Shown: one piece after another, positions 31,511-41,450 of the stretch
Numbering within the stretch: position 1 is the stretch's first letter
Layout: each line of letters opens with the position of its first letter
Assembly (NCBI GenBank): GCA_016839585.1
Contig: JAEOTZ010000058.1
Coordinates: forward strand, 96,001 to 160,000
Origin: Promethearchaeota archaeon
GTDB taxonomy: Archaea; Asgardarchaeota; Lokiarchaeia; Sigyniarchaeales; SOKP01
DNA length: 64,000 nucleotides
Direction: 5' to 3'
Made by a program: the position numbers and the translations under genes
Notes under the pieces: generated by a model
Databases searched by the model: none
What the model was told of the DNA's origin: nothing
Seen by the model: the letters and a program-made list of their open reading frames with translations, nothing else

Positions 31511-32446
31511 TCATTCTCTCTTAATTTTATCCAATTTTTTTAAATTTTTCCAAATATATCTAGCAAAAAGAATAACTGAAAGGGTCATAATACCTAAAAG
31601 ACTGATTTGATAAATCAACATTGTCCAATTCACTACCCATTCGTGTGACGCAGACCATATTTCAGTTGCATCGGGATTAATCAAATGTGTTAATAATACC
31701 ACAAGACTAGAAGTGCCATAGAGTGCAAAAAACGTAGTTATTAATAATATTCGCGTTATTCTCTCACCAATAAATGGTTTTGTCTCATGTAGACCTAAAC
31801 CTTCATGTCTTGCTCTCATGTACTCATAAATAAAAATTAGTAAGATATTGGTCCAAACCATCCATGCAAAATCGAATCCATTCGATAAAACCACTAAATT
31901 AGTAGGAACTAAACATACCAACATTAATGTATCGCTTACTCTATCAATCACATTATCTAACCAACCCCCACTTTTTGATTTTATATCCAATAACCTTGCT
32001 ATTGATCCATCAATTCCATCGATAATTCCTGTCACTAGTACTAAAGCAGCAAGACCAAAAAACAAAGAGCCATAACCAAGTTGGTCAGAAAACAAATCTA
32101 ATGTGTGCCCCTTACTAGCCATTATAACACCATAAAATATGAGAAATGATAATATTAGATTTATGAAAGATACTAAATTTGGAGTTAAGCCCCATTTGAT
32201 AAAGATTTTTGCTCCGTGATATGTTATTGGCATATAGATTTTTCCTGCTGGATCCTTTTTCATTTTTGCAAATTGTTCTTCTTGCTTGTGAGCCTGTCCA
32301 TGATCATTCAGCCAATCTTTTATAAATTCATCCAAGCTCATAAATTCCTGTTTTGGATATTTTTTAGAGATTCCAATAATGAAAATAATAATTAGAATCC
32401 CAAGCAAAACTAGCGGAAATACTATTTCAAATATTATTTTTGTCAT
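31511..32446 (-). CDS. CDP-alcohol phosphatidyltransferase family protein
   Basis: TPN; DGIDGSIAR...SKSGGWLDNVIDRVSD signature. Confidence 0.9.
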   Translation of the reverse strand: MTKIIFEIVFPLVLLGILIIIFIIGISKKYPKQEFMSLDEFIKDWLNDHGQAHKQEEQFAKMKKDPAGKIYMPITYHGAKIFIKWGLTPNLVSFINLILSFLIFYGVIMASKGHTLDLFSDQLGYGSLFFGLAALVLVTGIIDGIDGSIARLLDIKSKSGGWLDNVIDRVSDTLMLVCLVPTNLVVLSNGFDFAWMVWTNILLIFIYEYMRARHEGLGLHETKPFIGERITRILLITTFFALYGTSSLVVLLTHLINPDATEIWSASHEWVVNWTMLIYQISLLGIMTLSVILFARYIWKNLKKLDKIKRE

Positions 32447-32623
32447 ATCACTCGCCGGGTATTATTTTATTCTTTATTGTTCTTATAAATTTGAAATTGG
32501 TAATTTAATATAGAGTATAATATATTATTTAAATTTAGTGTAAATTAGATGATTAAATGAAAGGTTATTATATTCAACTTGTATTTATAATATTAATACT
32601 ATCATCTAGGTAGAATAAATATC

Positions 32624-33973
32624 TTGAAGAACCTTGAACCTTTTTTTAACCCAAAAAGTATCTTAATTGTAGGCGTTTCAAGGAAAGCTTATACTTTTAG
32701 TTATACTGTCTTAAAAAACCTTTTAGAGATTTTTTATCAAGGCAAACTCTACATATTAAACCCTAATGCTAATGAGGTATTAGGTGTTAAATCCTATCAT
32801 TCTTTAGAAGAATTACCTGAAATTCCAGAACTAGCAGTAATAGTTTTAGGTACGAAAATATTAGACATTGTGGAAGAATTAGGGAAGTATGGTGTGAAAT
32901 ATGTAACAATTCAATCTGAATTAAAAACAGGAATTAATGATACTGATTTAACATTAAAATTGCATAAAGTCTGTGAAAAATATGGGATAACCTATTTAGG
33001 ACCTTCAATGATAGGAATTATTAACTTTATTGATAACTTTACGACATCAATTATTCCTGTTAGACAACATATAATGCGAGAAAATAAGAACATAACAGAG
33101 GGTATAGGTTTCATAGCACAATCTGGAGGGTTAGCAGGTGCTCTAGGGTGGTGGACCCCCTCACAAAAATTACCCATATCAAAAGTTATACACTTAGGAA
33201 AAGGCTTTCACGTTAATGAACAAGATATTATTGAATTCTTTCTTAATGATAAAACAGTTAAAGTTATTTCTTTGTTTTTAAGGGAAATTTCGGATGACCT
33301 AATTGACGCAGTAAAGAATATCTCTCAATATAAACCCGTTCTTTTCTTTTATGTAGGAAAAGATGAATTAAAAGAAAGAGAATTAGAAAAAGCAGGAGGA
33401 ATATCAGTATTAAATTACATTGAGCTTTTTGAGATAGCTAAGATATTCTTATGGTGTCCAGAGCCTAAGGGTCCCAATTTAGGGATTATTGGACCTAGTT
33501 CTGGTGCAATTCATCTAATTGTAAAAGAAATGAGAAAACAACATTTATCTTTGGCAAAACCAGATAAAGAATCTCAAGACATAATTATAAATAAAATAGG
33601 TGGCTCTACTTGCGCATATGGTAACCCTGTTGATTATTGGCCCCCAGAGAAATTTATAGGTATTAAAATTTGTGGTATCTATAATACATCTGCTTCTACT
33701 TTATTAAAGGACGAACATGTTGATGGATTAATCCTTGCCTTGGAATTTTTTATTGAAATTGAATTTGATTTTAATATATTTGATAGTATAAGAAGAACAA
33801 ATCCAGATAAACCAATTATCGTAATTCTTATACAAGCCGAACATGAAGGAGCCAAACGAGTATTCAAATCTGCTTCTGAGATAAAGATTCCCGTCTTTGA
33901 AAATGAAATAGAGCGCGCTGTACGAGGATATAGATTGTTATATGACTATTATTCAAAAATAAAAAAGAAATAA
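32624..33973 (+). CDS. ADP-forming acyl-CoA synthetase alpha-like CoA-binding protein, apparently lacking the phospho-His segment
   Basis: FFNPKSI.IVGVS, GPSMIG, AQSGG, NPVD; no SHTG motif. Confidence 0.75.
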   Translation: MKNLEPFFNPKSILIVGVSRKAYTFSYTVLKNLLEIFYQGKLYILNPNANEVLGVKSYHSLEELPEIPELAVIVLGTKILDIVEELGKYGVKYVTIQSELKTGINDTDLTLKLHKVCEKYGITYLGPSMIGIINFIDNFTTSIIPVRQHIMRENKNITEGIGFIAQSGGLAGALGWWTPSQKLPISKVIHLGKGFHVNEQDIIEFFLNDKTVKVISLFLREISDDLIDAVKNISQYKPVLFFYVGKDELKERELEKAGGISVLNYIELFEIAKIFLWCPEPKGPNLGIIGPSSGAIHLIVKEMRKQHLSLAKPDKESQDIIINKIGGSTCAYGNPVDYWPPEKFIGIKICGIYNTSASTLLKDEHVDGLILALEFFIEIEFDFNIFDSIRRTNPDKPIIVILIQAEHEGAKRVFKSASEIKIPVFENEIERAVRGYRLLYDYYSKIKKK

Positions 33974-33983
33974 AAAAATTAAC

Positions 33984-35237
33984 TTAAGAAAAAATTTCCT
34001 TTAGTTCTTCAGGTACCTCATCTGATTCATCCATTAAGGAAAGAGCATAGATAACTTCTCCACATTTACACTCTTTTCCCTCAAATAAGTAAAATCTAAA
34101 CTGATTTTTCCAATTGCAAATTTGAACATTACTAATATTAGCAATATCCCCACAAAGACAAAATATTGCCAAATTTGGCGAATAAGCGGGAATTATTGTC
34201 TTGAAATCTTGGGGTGGTTTGCTAAATTCACAATTATTTAACATATCGTTAATTTTTTCCGCTAAGGTATCTTTTAGAGTTGGAATAAAACTATTTATTA
34301 TTCCACTGCTCCCTTTCATTTCTGTAAGAACAATGAAATTTTTTTCGCGCTTTTCTAATTTAGCTTTTTCTGGAAAAATTGGCTGTTGGTATTGCAGAAG
34401 GTTCTCAGGTACAGGAATTGTTTCCACACCAGGAGGATAATCAAAAGTATAGAAAAATTGATTAGTACCTTTTATACTTTTATGGCTAATCATTTTTAGA
34501 TTTTCATAATCTCTACTAGATAATGTAAATTTTATCAATTGAAGTGGAACTTTCAATTCAAGAAGTTTTGATCTGACATTATCTAAAATTTCGCCTGCAA
34601 AACTTTTTAGAATCATAATGTCTTCTCTATTCTCTGCATACATCTGATTTTTATTTTGCTCTTTAAATTGAAACCATTTTTTAACAACACTTCCCTTTAT
34701 CAATTGAGGAACCATACAAAACACACATAAGAGTGGGAAGAGAAAGAAGAGGATTCCCTCTATAAATGATAATCCAATGATAAGAACAAACATAGGGATT
34801 AAAAGTAAGAAAGTTAACTTCCGTAATCGCTTATCCATTGATGCTTTAATTCCTTTGCTAAAAGCAAGCTCTTCAGATTTAGATTTTAACTGTTTTATAG
34901 TTTCAATAATTTTCTTTGATTCAAAGCTTTGTACCAATAATTTATCTTCTTCCCCTGTTTTAAAAGTTGTCATGTGACTTCCTATTTGATTAAGATATTG
35001 ACCTATGGCACGTTCTTTGTAGATAAAATCTAAGGTCTCTTCAGAATAATAATCTAAAAATCGTGCTATAAAAAGTTTTTTCTCAACATCTTGGATGGCT
35101 GTTGGACTTAAACCAAGAGCTTCTTGAATTAGTTGACCCTGCGTTTTTCTAACCGGTTTTTTAGATATTTTCTTTTCTTCAGTTTCCACTTTTGAAGCTT
35201 CTGATTCTACTTCTTTATCGCTATCAGTTTCACTCAT
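33984..35237 (-). CDS. Hypothetical membrane protein with C-terminal Cys pairs
   Basis: 417-aa ORF, central TM hairpin, CLCG...CKCG. Confidence 0.65.
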   Translation of the reverse strand: MSETDSDKEVESEASKVETEEKKISKKPVRKTQGQLIQEALGLSPTAIQDVEKKLFIARFLDYYSEETLDFIYKERAIGQYLNQIGSHMTTFKTGEEDKLLVQSFESKKIIETIKQLKSKSEELAFSKGIKASMDKRLRKLTFLLLIPMFVLIIGLSFIEGILFFLFPLLCVFCMVPQLIKGSVVKKWFQFKEQNKNQMYAENREDIMILKSFAGEILDNVRSKLLELKVPLQLIKFTLSSRDYENLKMISHKSIKGTNQFFYTFDYPPGVETIPVPENLLQYQQPIFPEKAKLEKREKNFIVLTEMKGSSGIINSFIPTLKDTLAEKINDMLNNCEFSKPPQDFKTIIPAYSPNLAIFCLCGDIANISNVQICNWKNQFRFYLFEGKECKCGEVIYALSLMDESDEVPEELKEIFS

Positions 35238-35436
35238 AATCTAATCAAAATAAGAATTTTTAAGAAATATATACTAATAAATTATACTTGGATAATTAAC
35301 TTTTCTAAAAATTCTATTAAATTTAGCAATAAAGCACTCTTTTAATAAGTTCTCTCCAAAAATTGCGAAGAATTTTCCTATTAGGAAATTTATTGTTAGT
35401 AAAGTTTTATTAACCAGCTCATTTTATTTAATAACT

Positions 35437-35943
35437 ATGGAAGTATATGAATCTCACAAATTTAGAACTTATGCTTTTATTGGTATTATATTGTGTTTAG
35501 CAGTTTTTTTTATAACAATAACTATTTTGGCAAGTCCCGAGGAAACGTTGTTCCTAGCATTTATTTTCATGGATTGCCTTATTCTTATACCTCTTGGTCT
35601 CTATTCCTTTTATTTTTATTACACAAATTTATGGAAAAAATTTGTAATTGATGAAGAAAAATTTGAAATTGTTCGACCACATTCAAAAAAAACAATATTA
35701 TGGTCCGAATTTGATATTATGAAGCTAAAAGTAAAAGGGCGTCACTATGGGCTTACTGAAGCTACAACCAGAAGAAGAGTTGATTTTAAAATACGTCTTT
35801 TTCATCAGGGCAGTAAAAAAAATCTAAGATATATACATTTTGCGTTTATTAAACAATCAAATGGAGAAACTATTTTAAATGCAATACTTACGTATAGCCA
35901 AGATAAGGGTAAAGACGTAATTTTAACTAAAAGGTATATGTAA
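35437..35943 (+). CDS. Membrane protein, two TM helices plus PH-like domain (paralogue of 3548-4087)
   Basis: KFEIVRP...ILWSEFDIMKLK...GKDVIL matches the 3548 ORF. Confidence 0.6.
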   Translation: MEVYESHKFRTYAFIGIILCLAVFFITITILASPEETLFLAFIFMDCLILIPLGLYSFYFYYTNLWKKFVIDEEKFEIVRPHSKKTILWSEFDIMKLKVKGRHYGLTEATTRRRVDFKIRLFHQGSKKNLRYIHFAFIKQSNGETILNAILTYSQDKGKDVILTKRYM

Positions 35944-36039
35944 TTTATTTTTTTATAATATTTTTCTAAAAAATAGGGAATTACCCGATTTAGCTTTATT
36001 TAAAAAGAGAGTATAAAAAAATTAATTTTCTGAAATACT

Positions 36040-36279
36040 TTAGTATGGAACACTTACAACTTCTTTAACTTCTGGAACAAATTGCTTAAGAGCTCGCTCA
36101 ATTCCCAACTTTACCGTTTGTTGTGAATAAGGACAGCCTGCACAATGCCCTAATAGCTTTACTTTTACAGTACCATCATCTTCCACACTGAGAAGTTCCA
36201 CATCTCCCCCATCCATCTGGAGCTGGGGTCTTATTTTTTCGATTACTTGTTTAATCTTTTCTTTATCCATTATTTTCAC
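36040..36279 (-). CDS. NifU-C/Nfu Fe-S carrier protein
   Basis: IRPQLQMDGGDVEL...GHCAGCP. Confidence 0.92.
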   Translation of the reverse strand: MKIMDKEKIKQVIEKIRPQLQMDGGDVELLSVEDDGTVKVKLLGHCAGCPYSQQTVKLGIERALKQFVPEVKEVVSVPY

Positions 36280-36452
36280 ATAAAAGTTTTATACATCTTA
36301 TTATACAATATAAAAACTAACTTTTAAAGCATTTGTTTTATATTTTATTAATCTTTATTCAGAATATTTACATTTGACAAGAAATTATTCAATAGGATTA
36401 ATAAAACAAAAGTAATCAAATTTCATAGTGAGATCATCATTGAATAATAAAA

Positions 36453-37265
36453 ATGAGTGGAATATTAGAAATGAGTGAAAATTATTGTATTACGTCAGAA
36501 GACGTTATAAAAACGGCTGTAAAAGCCTCGAAGAAAAAAAGAGAAGATTTTAATGTGGGTCCTTATGTTATCCTATTTTTCTCTGGATCCTTGTTGGAAT
36601 ATTTAAAAAAAGAAGTAAATGTAGAGAAGATTGAATGGCTTGCTCCTTATCATCCTTATGCGGCAGGTGAAATGTTTAAAGGGAACTATCAAGGGATATC
36701 AATTACAGCTATTTCTCCACCAATGGGAGCTTCACCAATTTCTTCACTAACAGAAGATCTTATTTCTTGTGGAGCAAAAATTATCTTACTTGTATGTGGT
36801 GCTTGGGGAATTGGAAGGAACGTAAAACTTCTTGATTATCTTATTCCTACACATGGAATTGGAATTGATGGCACCTCAATTCATTATGGAAGAGAATTAG
36901 ATGAAGAATTAGAAATAGATCCTGAAATTGTTGAAATCTTGGTTAATGAAACAAAAAGTCGGACAAATAATTATCATGTGGGTAAGAATTATTCTAAAGA
37001 AGCATTTTATACAATAACATGTGAAGAAATAGGTAAACTACAAAATAAGGGCGTGATTTCTATGGAAAATGGGGAATTAAATGTTCTTGCAACCATATGC
37101 AAATTAAAAGGAGTTAGGTTTGGTGCTATTTTTTATAGCTATTGTAATTTACTTGAAGGATGGAAAATTCCATGGGGAAGTGAAAACTATAGAGAATGTG
37201 TGTATCTTGAAGCTGAAATTGTATTAACAACCATCAAAAGAATTGATAGTATGAAAATAAGTTAA
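36453..37265 (+). CDS. Nucleoside phosphorylase (PNP/UDP family)
   Basis: MGASP...EDLISCGAK.I...GA, SMEN motif. Confidence 0.75.
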   Translation: MSGILEMSENYCITSEDVIKTAVKASKKKREDFNVGPYVILFFSGSLLEYLKKEVNVEKIEWLAPYHPYAAGEMFKGNYQGISITAISPPMGASPISSLTEDLISCGAKIILLVCGAWGIGRNVKLLDYLIPTHGIGIDGTSIHYGRELDEELEIDPEIVEILVNETKSRTNNYHVGKNYSKEAFYTITCEEIGKLQNKGVISMENGELNVLATICKLKGVRFGAIFYSYCNLLEGWKIPWGSENYRECVYLEAEIVLTTIKRIDSMKIS

Positions 37266-37335
37266 GCATAAGAAAAGATTTAATATTTAAAATATAATAT
37301 TTAAGATATAAATAATTGTATGTTGTTATTGCATT

Positions 37336-37713
37336 ATGGATGAAAAAGAATTTGTAGAACAATTAAATAAAGCACAAGACTTAATGATACAAGAAAAATA
37401 CAATGAAGCTATTAATTTAATTGAAGAGATAAAGGAGATTGAGAAAAATAGTGATTTTAATTATAACTTAACTCATCGCCTTTATCAACTTGATTCAAAC
37501 ATTCATTCACTTTTTAATCAACAAGTTATTTTAAACCATATTAATGAGATATCTAAAAAACAGGGATCAATTTCTTTTCAAGAAATAAACTTATTAATAA
37601 AAAAAAGTACCAAATTAGACTTGAGTGATGATATTTTAAGGAGAGAAATTGAATTATTAATTTTAAGAAACCTTTTAAATTGCGAAATAGATGGAAATCT
37701 ATTGAAATTTTAA
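37336..37713 (+). CDS. Helical-repeat plus winged-helix protein (PCI-like)
   Basis: TPR-like N-terminal helices; C-terminal ISFQEI...IELLILRNLLNCEIDGN resembles a PCI winged helix. Confidence 0.5.
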   Translation: MDEKEFVEQLNKAQDLMIQEKYNEAINLIEEIKEIEKNSDFNYNLTHRLYQLDSNIHSLFNQQVILNHINEISKKQGSISFQEINLLIKKSTKLDLSDDILRREIELLILRNLLNCEIDGNLLKF

Positions 37714-37798
37714 AACCTGTTTTCTAAAAGTTCATCAAAAATTCTCGACTTTTATAAATTTATTTTTAGAATTAACATAAAACAGATTAAATTAGAAC

Positions 37799-38392
37799 AT
37801 GATAATTGATCATCTTGATAGGGTACTGGCTCTTAAAGTAGTTTATTACGGTCCGGCTCTGAGTGGTAAAACAACTTCTTTAAAAGCTCTTTTTAATCAC
37901 TTTGGAAAAAAAGACAAAGTATTCAGCATTGAAAGTACGCGTAAAAGAACACTTTTTTTTGATTATGGGACTGTACTATTCCAAAACGAATTATGGAAGA
38001 TTAAAGTTCATATTTATAGTACAACAGGTCAGGATTTTTACCTTGTAACTCGTCCTATTACTTTAAGGGCGGTGGATGGAATCATTTTTGTTGCTGATTC
38101 TCGAAAAATTGTTTTTGATCGCAATCTTATTTCTTGGAATGAATTAGAAAAATATTTCCAAGATTCTTTATTAAGTCTTCCGAAAATTATAGCCTTTAAT
38201 AAACAAGATTTGCCTGAAAAATTTAATCCAGAAGTTTTTTTGGATGAAATTGGCTATAAAAATTACGAAAATATTGATACTGAATATACTATTGCAATTA
38301 ATTCGGAAGGAATTCTTGCTTCATTTGAAAATATTTTGAGATTAATTTTCAAGGATTACTATGAAAATCAATTGATTTCAGCTATTAGTTAA
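37799..38392 (+). CDS. MglA-like small GTPase
   Basis: KVVYYGPALSGKTT, RTLFFDY, TTGQDFY, VDGIIFVADS, NKQD. Confidence 0.88.
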   Translation: MIIDHLDRVLALKVVYYGPALSGKTTSLKALFNHFGKKDKVFSIESTRKRTLFFDYGTVLFQNELWKIKVHIYSTTGQDFYLVTRPITLRAVDGIIFVADSRKIVFDRNLISWNELEKYFQDSLLSLPKIIAFNKQDLPEKFNPEVFLDEIGYKNYENIDTEYTIAINSEGILASFENILRLIFKDYYENQLISAIS

Positions 38393-38408
38393 ACCTTCAA
38401 TGTAATAA

Positions 38409-39239
38409 TTAACTAGTTCTTAGTGTAATTGGTTTTATATCATCTTCTTTACCGAATGTAGGAATTATCCATAAATATAAACAATAATTAAGAGTTTTAT
38501 AATATGGTTTAGAAAAGTTGATATGACCTAAATTCCCAGGGAAAAAAACTCCTTCTCCATCAGTAAGATCCTTACAGACTGATTGACCTTTAGAATTAAT
38601 AAGATATTGAGTCACAGCGTAATGCTTATCATCAATACAATAAATATACACTTCAGGGTAATTTGGATGCACATGAGAATAGATTTCATTTTCTTCTAGA
38701 TTTACACTTGTTAAGACACCTTCTTTCATTGATTCATTTGGAATGTTTGTAAAACCAGACATGAAAAAACCATTTTTAATAGCCGTCCAAACAGTTCTAT
38801 ACGTTGCCATTTTATGTTTTGAGCCAAGTTCTCCTCTTGGAATAAATTTTCCTAAATTAAAACGTTGAATTTCAAATTTTGCATCTACATCTTTCACTGA
38901 AAGGCTAAAAACCAGACAAATTTTATTTTTATTTTTTGGTTTAATTCTAAATTCTTTTTCAGGAGGTATAAAGAATATATCAAATTGATTTAAATCAAAT
39001 TTTGCCTTATTATAAGTTAAAATTGCCTTTCCTTCTAATAACGAGCCATTTAATACTTCTTTATTCTTTGTTTTTAATTTCAATTCAGAATCAAAATAAA
39101 AATATTTCAATCTAACATTATTAAATTCTCTTTCAATTGATTCTTTAGGATCGTCAAAATAAAAAGAATTCATTGTTGATTTCGTTAACTCTTTATTCTG
39201 AAATGAAGAATTGCCTAGCTCTTTCAATTTTAAAACCAA
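38409..39239 (-). CDS. Cupin-fold protein (IolB/KduI-like)
   Basis: DIFFIPP, HVHPNYPEVYIY, GH metal-binding pattern. Confidence 0.5.
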   Translation of the reverse strand: MVLKLKELGNSSFQNKELTKSTMNSFYFDDPKESIEREFNNVRLKYFYFDSELKLKTKNKEVLNGSLLEGKAILTYNKAKFDLNQFDIFFIPPEKEFRIKPKNKNKICLVFSLSVKDVDAKFEIQRFNLGKFIPRGELGSKHKMATYRTVWTAIKNGFFMSGFTNIPNESMKEGVLTSVNLEENEIYSHVHPNYPEVYIYCIDDKHYAVTQYLINSKGQSVCKDLTDGEGVFFPGNLGHINFSKPYYKTLNYCLYLWIIPTFGKEDDIKPITLRTS

Positions 39240-39266
39240 ACTTTAATTAATTATTCAATTGAACTT

Positions 39267-40478
39267 TTAAAAAAAATCAGAAGAAACTGGCGATTGAAGC
39301 CTTATGTTCCGTTGTGAATTATCAGATAGTAGAGAAATTAATGCTGAAATATTTTGCTTAGTCTCATAAACAATTTCTTTTTCTTCTTCTTTTTTCCATC
39401 TGTTAAATCCAGTTAAGTATGGAGCTGTTTCAAATAAACCTTCCATTAGTCCAGAAACCTTAACTGTTACACCCTGAAGATCTTCTTTTGAAATATTCTT
39501 AATTCTTAAGCGATATTTTTCTAGATCAGAATCTATAGAAACAATTTTATAGAATTTTTGAAATTTCGAGGAGATCCCATCAAATATAGATGGAGCTCCA
39601 GTATGTTCTCCAGAAAATAGATCCAAATCTTTTCTACTTTCATCAATAGGTTTTGAGATTATTGTTATGGGTAATTCAAATCTAATTGGTTCCTTGCCAT
39701 ATTCTGGTTTCTTCTTACCTATTATTAAAAGAGACCACTCAGTATAATCTCCGTATTTGAAACCCCAATACTCCTTTTCTGTGGGTTTCCATAAATAGTT
39801 ATGACTTGATTCAGCAATCTCAGGGACTTTTAATAGTAAAAAACCTTTATCAATATTAGAAGTCTTAGAAACCCCAGCAATAGCAGGAGGAAGTTCTTCA
39901 ACCTTCCGGCAATTTTGTCCATATGCTTCACAATAGCAAACCAAATTCGCTTTTTCCAGTAATCGCACTTCAATTTGTTTGAGTTCTTCAGAAGTGAAAC
40001 TTATTTTGATTGTTTCACCGGGTTTAAAAACATCCTTTGTAAGAAGCACATTTAAGCCAGAAATTGAAAATGAGATTGGTTTAGGTGTTTTAGCTTGAAG
40101 ACCTGATTCTTTTGCTTTTATTTCAATATCATGAGTTTTATTAATAACAAAATCATCTTCTGGATTAAGAGGATGTGGTTGTCTTAAAATTAGTTTAATA
40201 ATATAATTTAAATTTCTATTTTTTATACTAGGAACAACATTATTTTTTATCAATAACGACTTGTTTCTTATGTATCTACCTGCTTCAAATTTTCCCTTTG
40301 AAAATATTTCTTCTTTTGAAATATGAAGCTCTTTAGCACAAGGAGGATTAGTAATTAATCTAATACCACTCCATAAAATAGAGGTATCTTCCTCAAAAGT
40401 AAATATGGTCCTAATATTTAATTTATCTCCAATAAATACAGAACCATTATTTAAATCAGTTAACTCTAATTTTACCAA
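39267..40478 (-). CDS. Arrestin-fold protein with extra C-terminal Ig-like domain
   Basis: Two beta-sandwich patterns (FEAGRY...VPS...NYIIKLILRQP; VFKPGETIKI...LKVP...FELPITI). Confidence 0.6.
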   Translation of the reverse strand: MVKLELTDLNNGSVFIGDKLNIRTIFTFEEDTSILWSGIRLITNPPCAKELHISKEEIFSKGKFEAGRYIRNKSLLIKNNVVPSIKNRNLNYIIKLILRQPHPLNPEDDFVINKTHDIEIKAKESGLQAKTPKPISFSISGLNVLLTKDVFKPGETIKISFTSEELKQIEVRLLEKANLVCYCEAYGQNCRKVEELPPAIAGVSKTSNIDKGFLLLKVPEIAESSHNYLWKPTEKEYWGFKYGDYTEWSLLIIGKKKPEYGKEPIRFELPITIISKPIDESRKDLDLFSGEHTGAPSIFDGISSKFQKFYKIVSIDSDLEKYRLRIKNISKEDLQGVTVKVSGLMEGLFETAPYLTGFNRWKKEEEKEIVYETKQNISALISLLSDNSQRNIRLQSPVSSDFF

Positions 40479-40725
40479 GTCTAGATTAATTTAATGAAGT
40501 GTTTTATATTAATTTTATAAAAGGATGAGATTTTATTAAAAACTTATTATTAGTTGTTAAGATTTAAAGATTTCGTAAATATTTTTCATAAATATTTCGT
40601 AAATATTTTTTATTGTTCATTTTTTATAAAATTAGTTTACTCATTTTCACGAAAAAGATAATAAGTAAATATTATAAGTTAGTTTTTATAATTACAATTA
40701 ATAAGAGTTTAAAAATGGTAGAACA

Positions 40726-41448
40726 ATGAAGGAAAGTATGGATAGTCAAATAAAAGCTATTCTCTTTGATTTAGATGGCACTTTACTTGAGGTTAATTTA
40801 GATTTGTTTATATCCCACTATTTAAAGTTATTGGCTCAAAGTGTAGCTCATATTATCTCGCCTAAAAAGTTTATTGCCAAAATTCAAAAAGCCTCTAAAG
40901 CTGTCGAAGAAAATGATGGTCTTAAAACTAATATAGAAATTTATATTGATGCTTTTTTTCCATTAGAAGGTCATTCTCATGAGGAAATTGAACCATTTTT
41001 CGAAAAATTCTATGAAAAAGGTTTTTCTAATTTACGTCAATATACACGTAGGAAACCAGAAGCTAGGAAAGTCATTCAAACTGCTTTTAATAAGGGATAC
41101 GATGTAGTAATTGCTACTACTCCCTTACTTCCTTTAACGGCTATTGAACAAAGATTGGAATGGGCTGGAGTGCCAGCAGAAGATTTTCCTTATCGGTTAA
41201 TAACTACAATTGAAAACAGTAGAGCCACTAAATCGCTAACAAATCTGCATTACTATGAGAAGATTCTAAAAACCATTGGATATCCTGCTGAATCATGTTT
41301 GATGGTGGGTGATGAGGATAAGGATCTGATTGCTGGACAATTAGGAATGCAAACTTTTCTTATTCTTAATTCTAACAAAGAATCAAATCAAAATAAGATG
41401 GAGCCTACATATAAGGGGGAATTAATAGATTTGTTAGATTTGCTATAA
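40726..41448 (+). CDS. HAD-superfamily hydrolase
   Basis: FDLDGTL, ATT, MVGDEDKD. Confidence 0.9.
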   Translation: MKESMDSQIKAILFDLDGTLLEVNLDLFISHYLKLLAQSVAHIISPKKFIAKIQKASKAVEENDGLKTNIEIYIDAFFPLEGHSHEEIEPFFEKFYEKGFSNLRQYTRRKPEARKVIQTAFNKGYDVVIATTPLLPLTAIEQRLEWAGVPAEDFPYRLITTIENSRATKSLTNLHYYEKILKTIGYPAESCLMVGDEDKDLIAGQLGMQTFLILNSNKESNQNKMEPTYKGELIDLLDLL

Positions 41449-41450
41449 AA

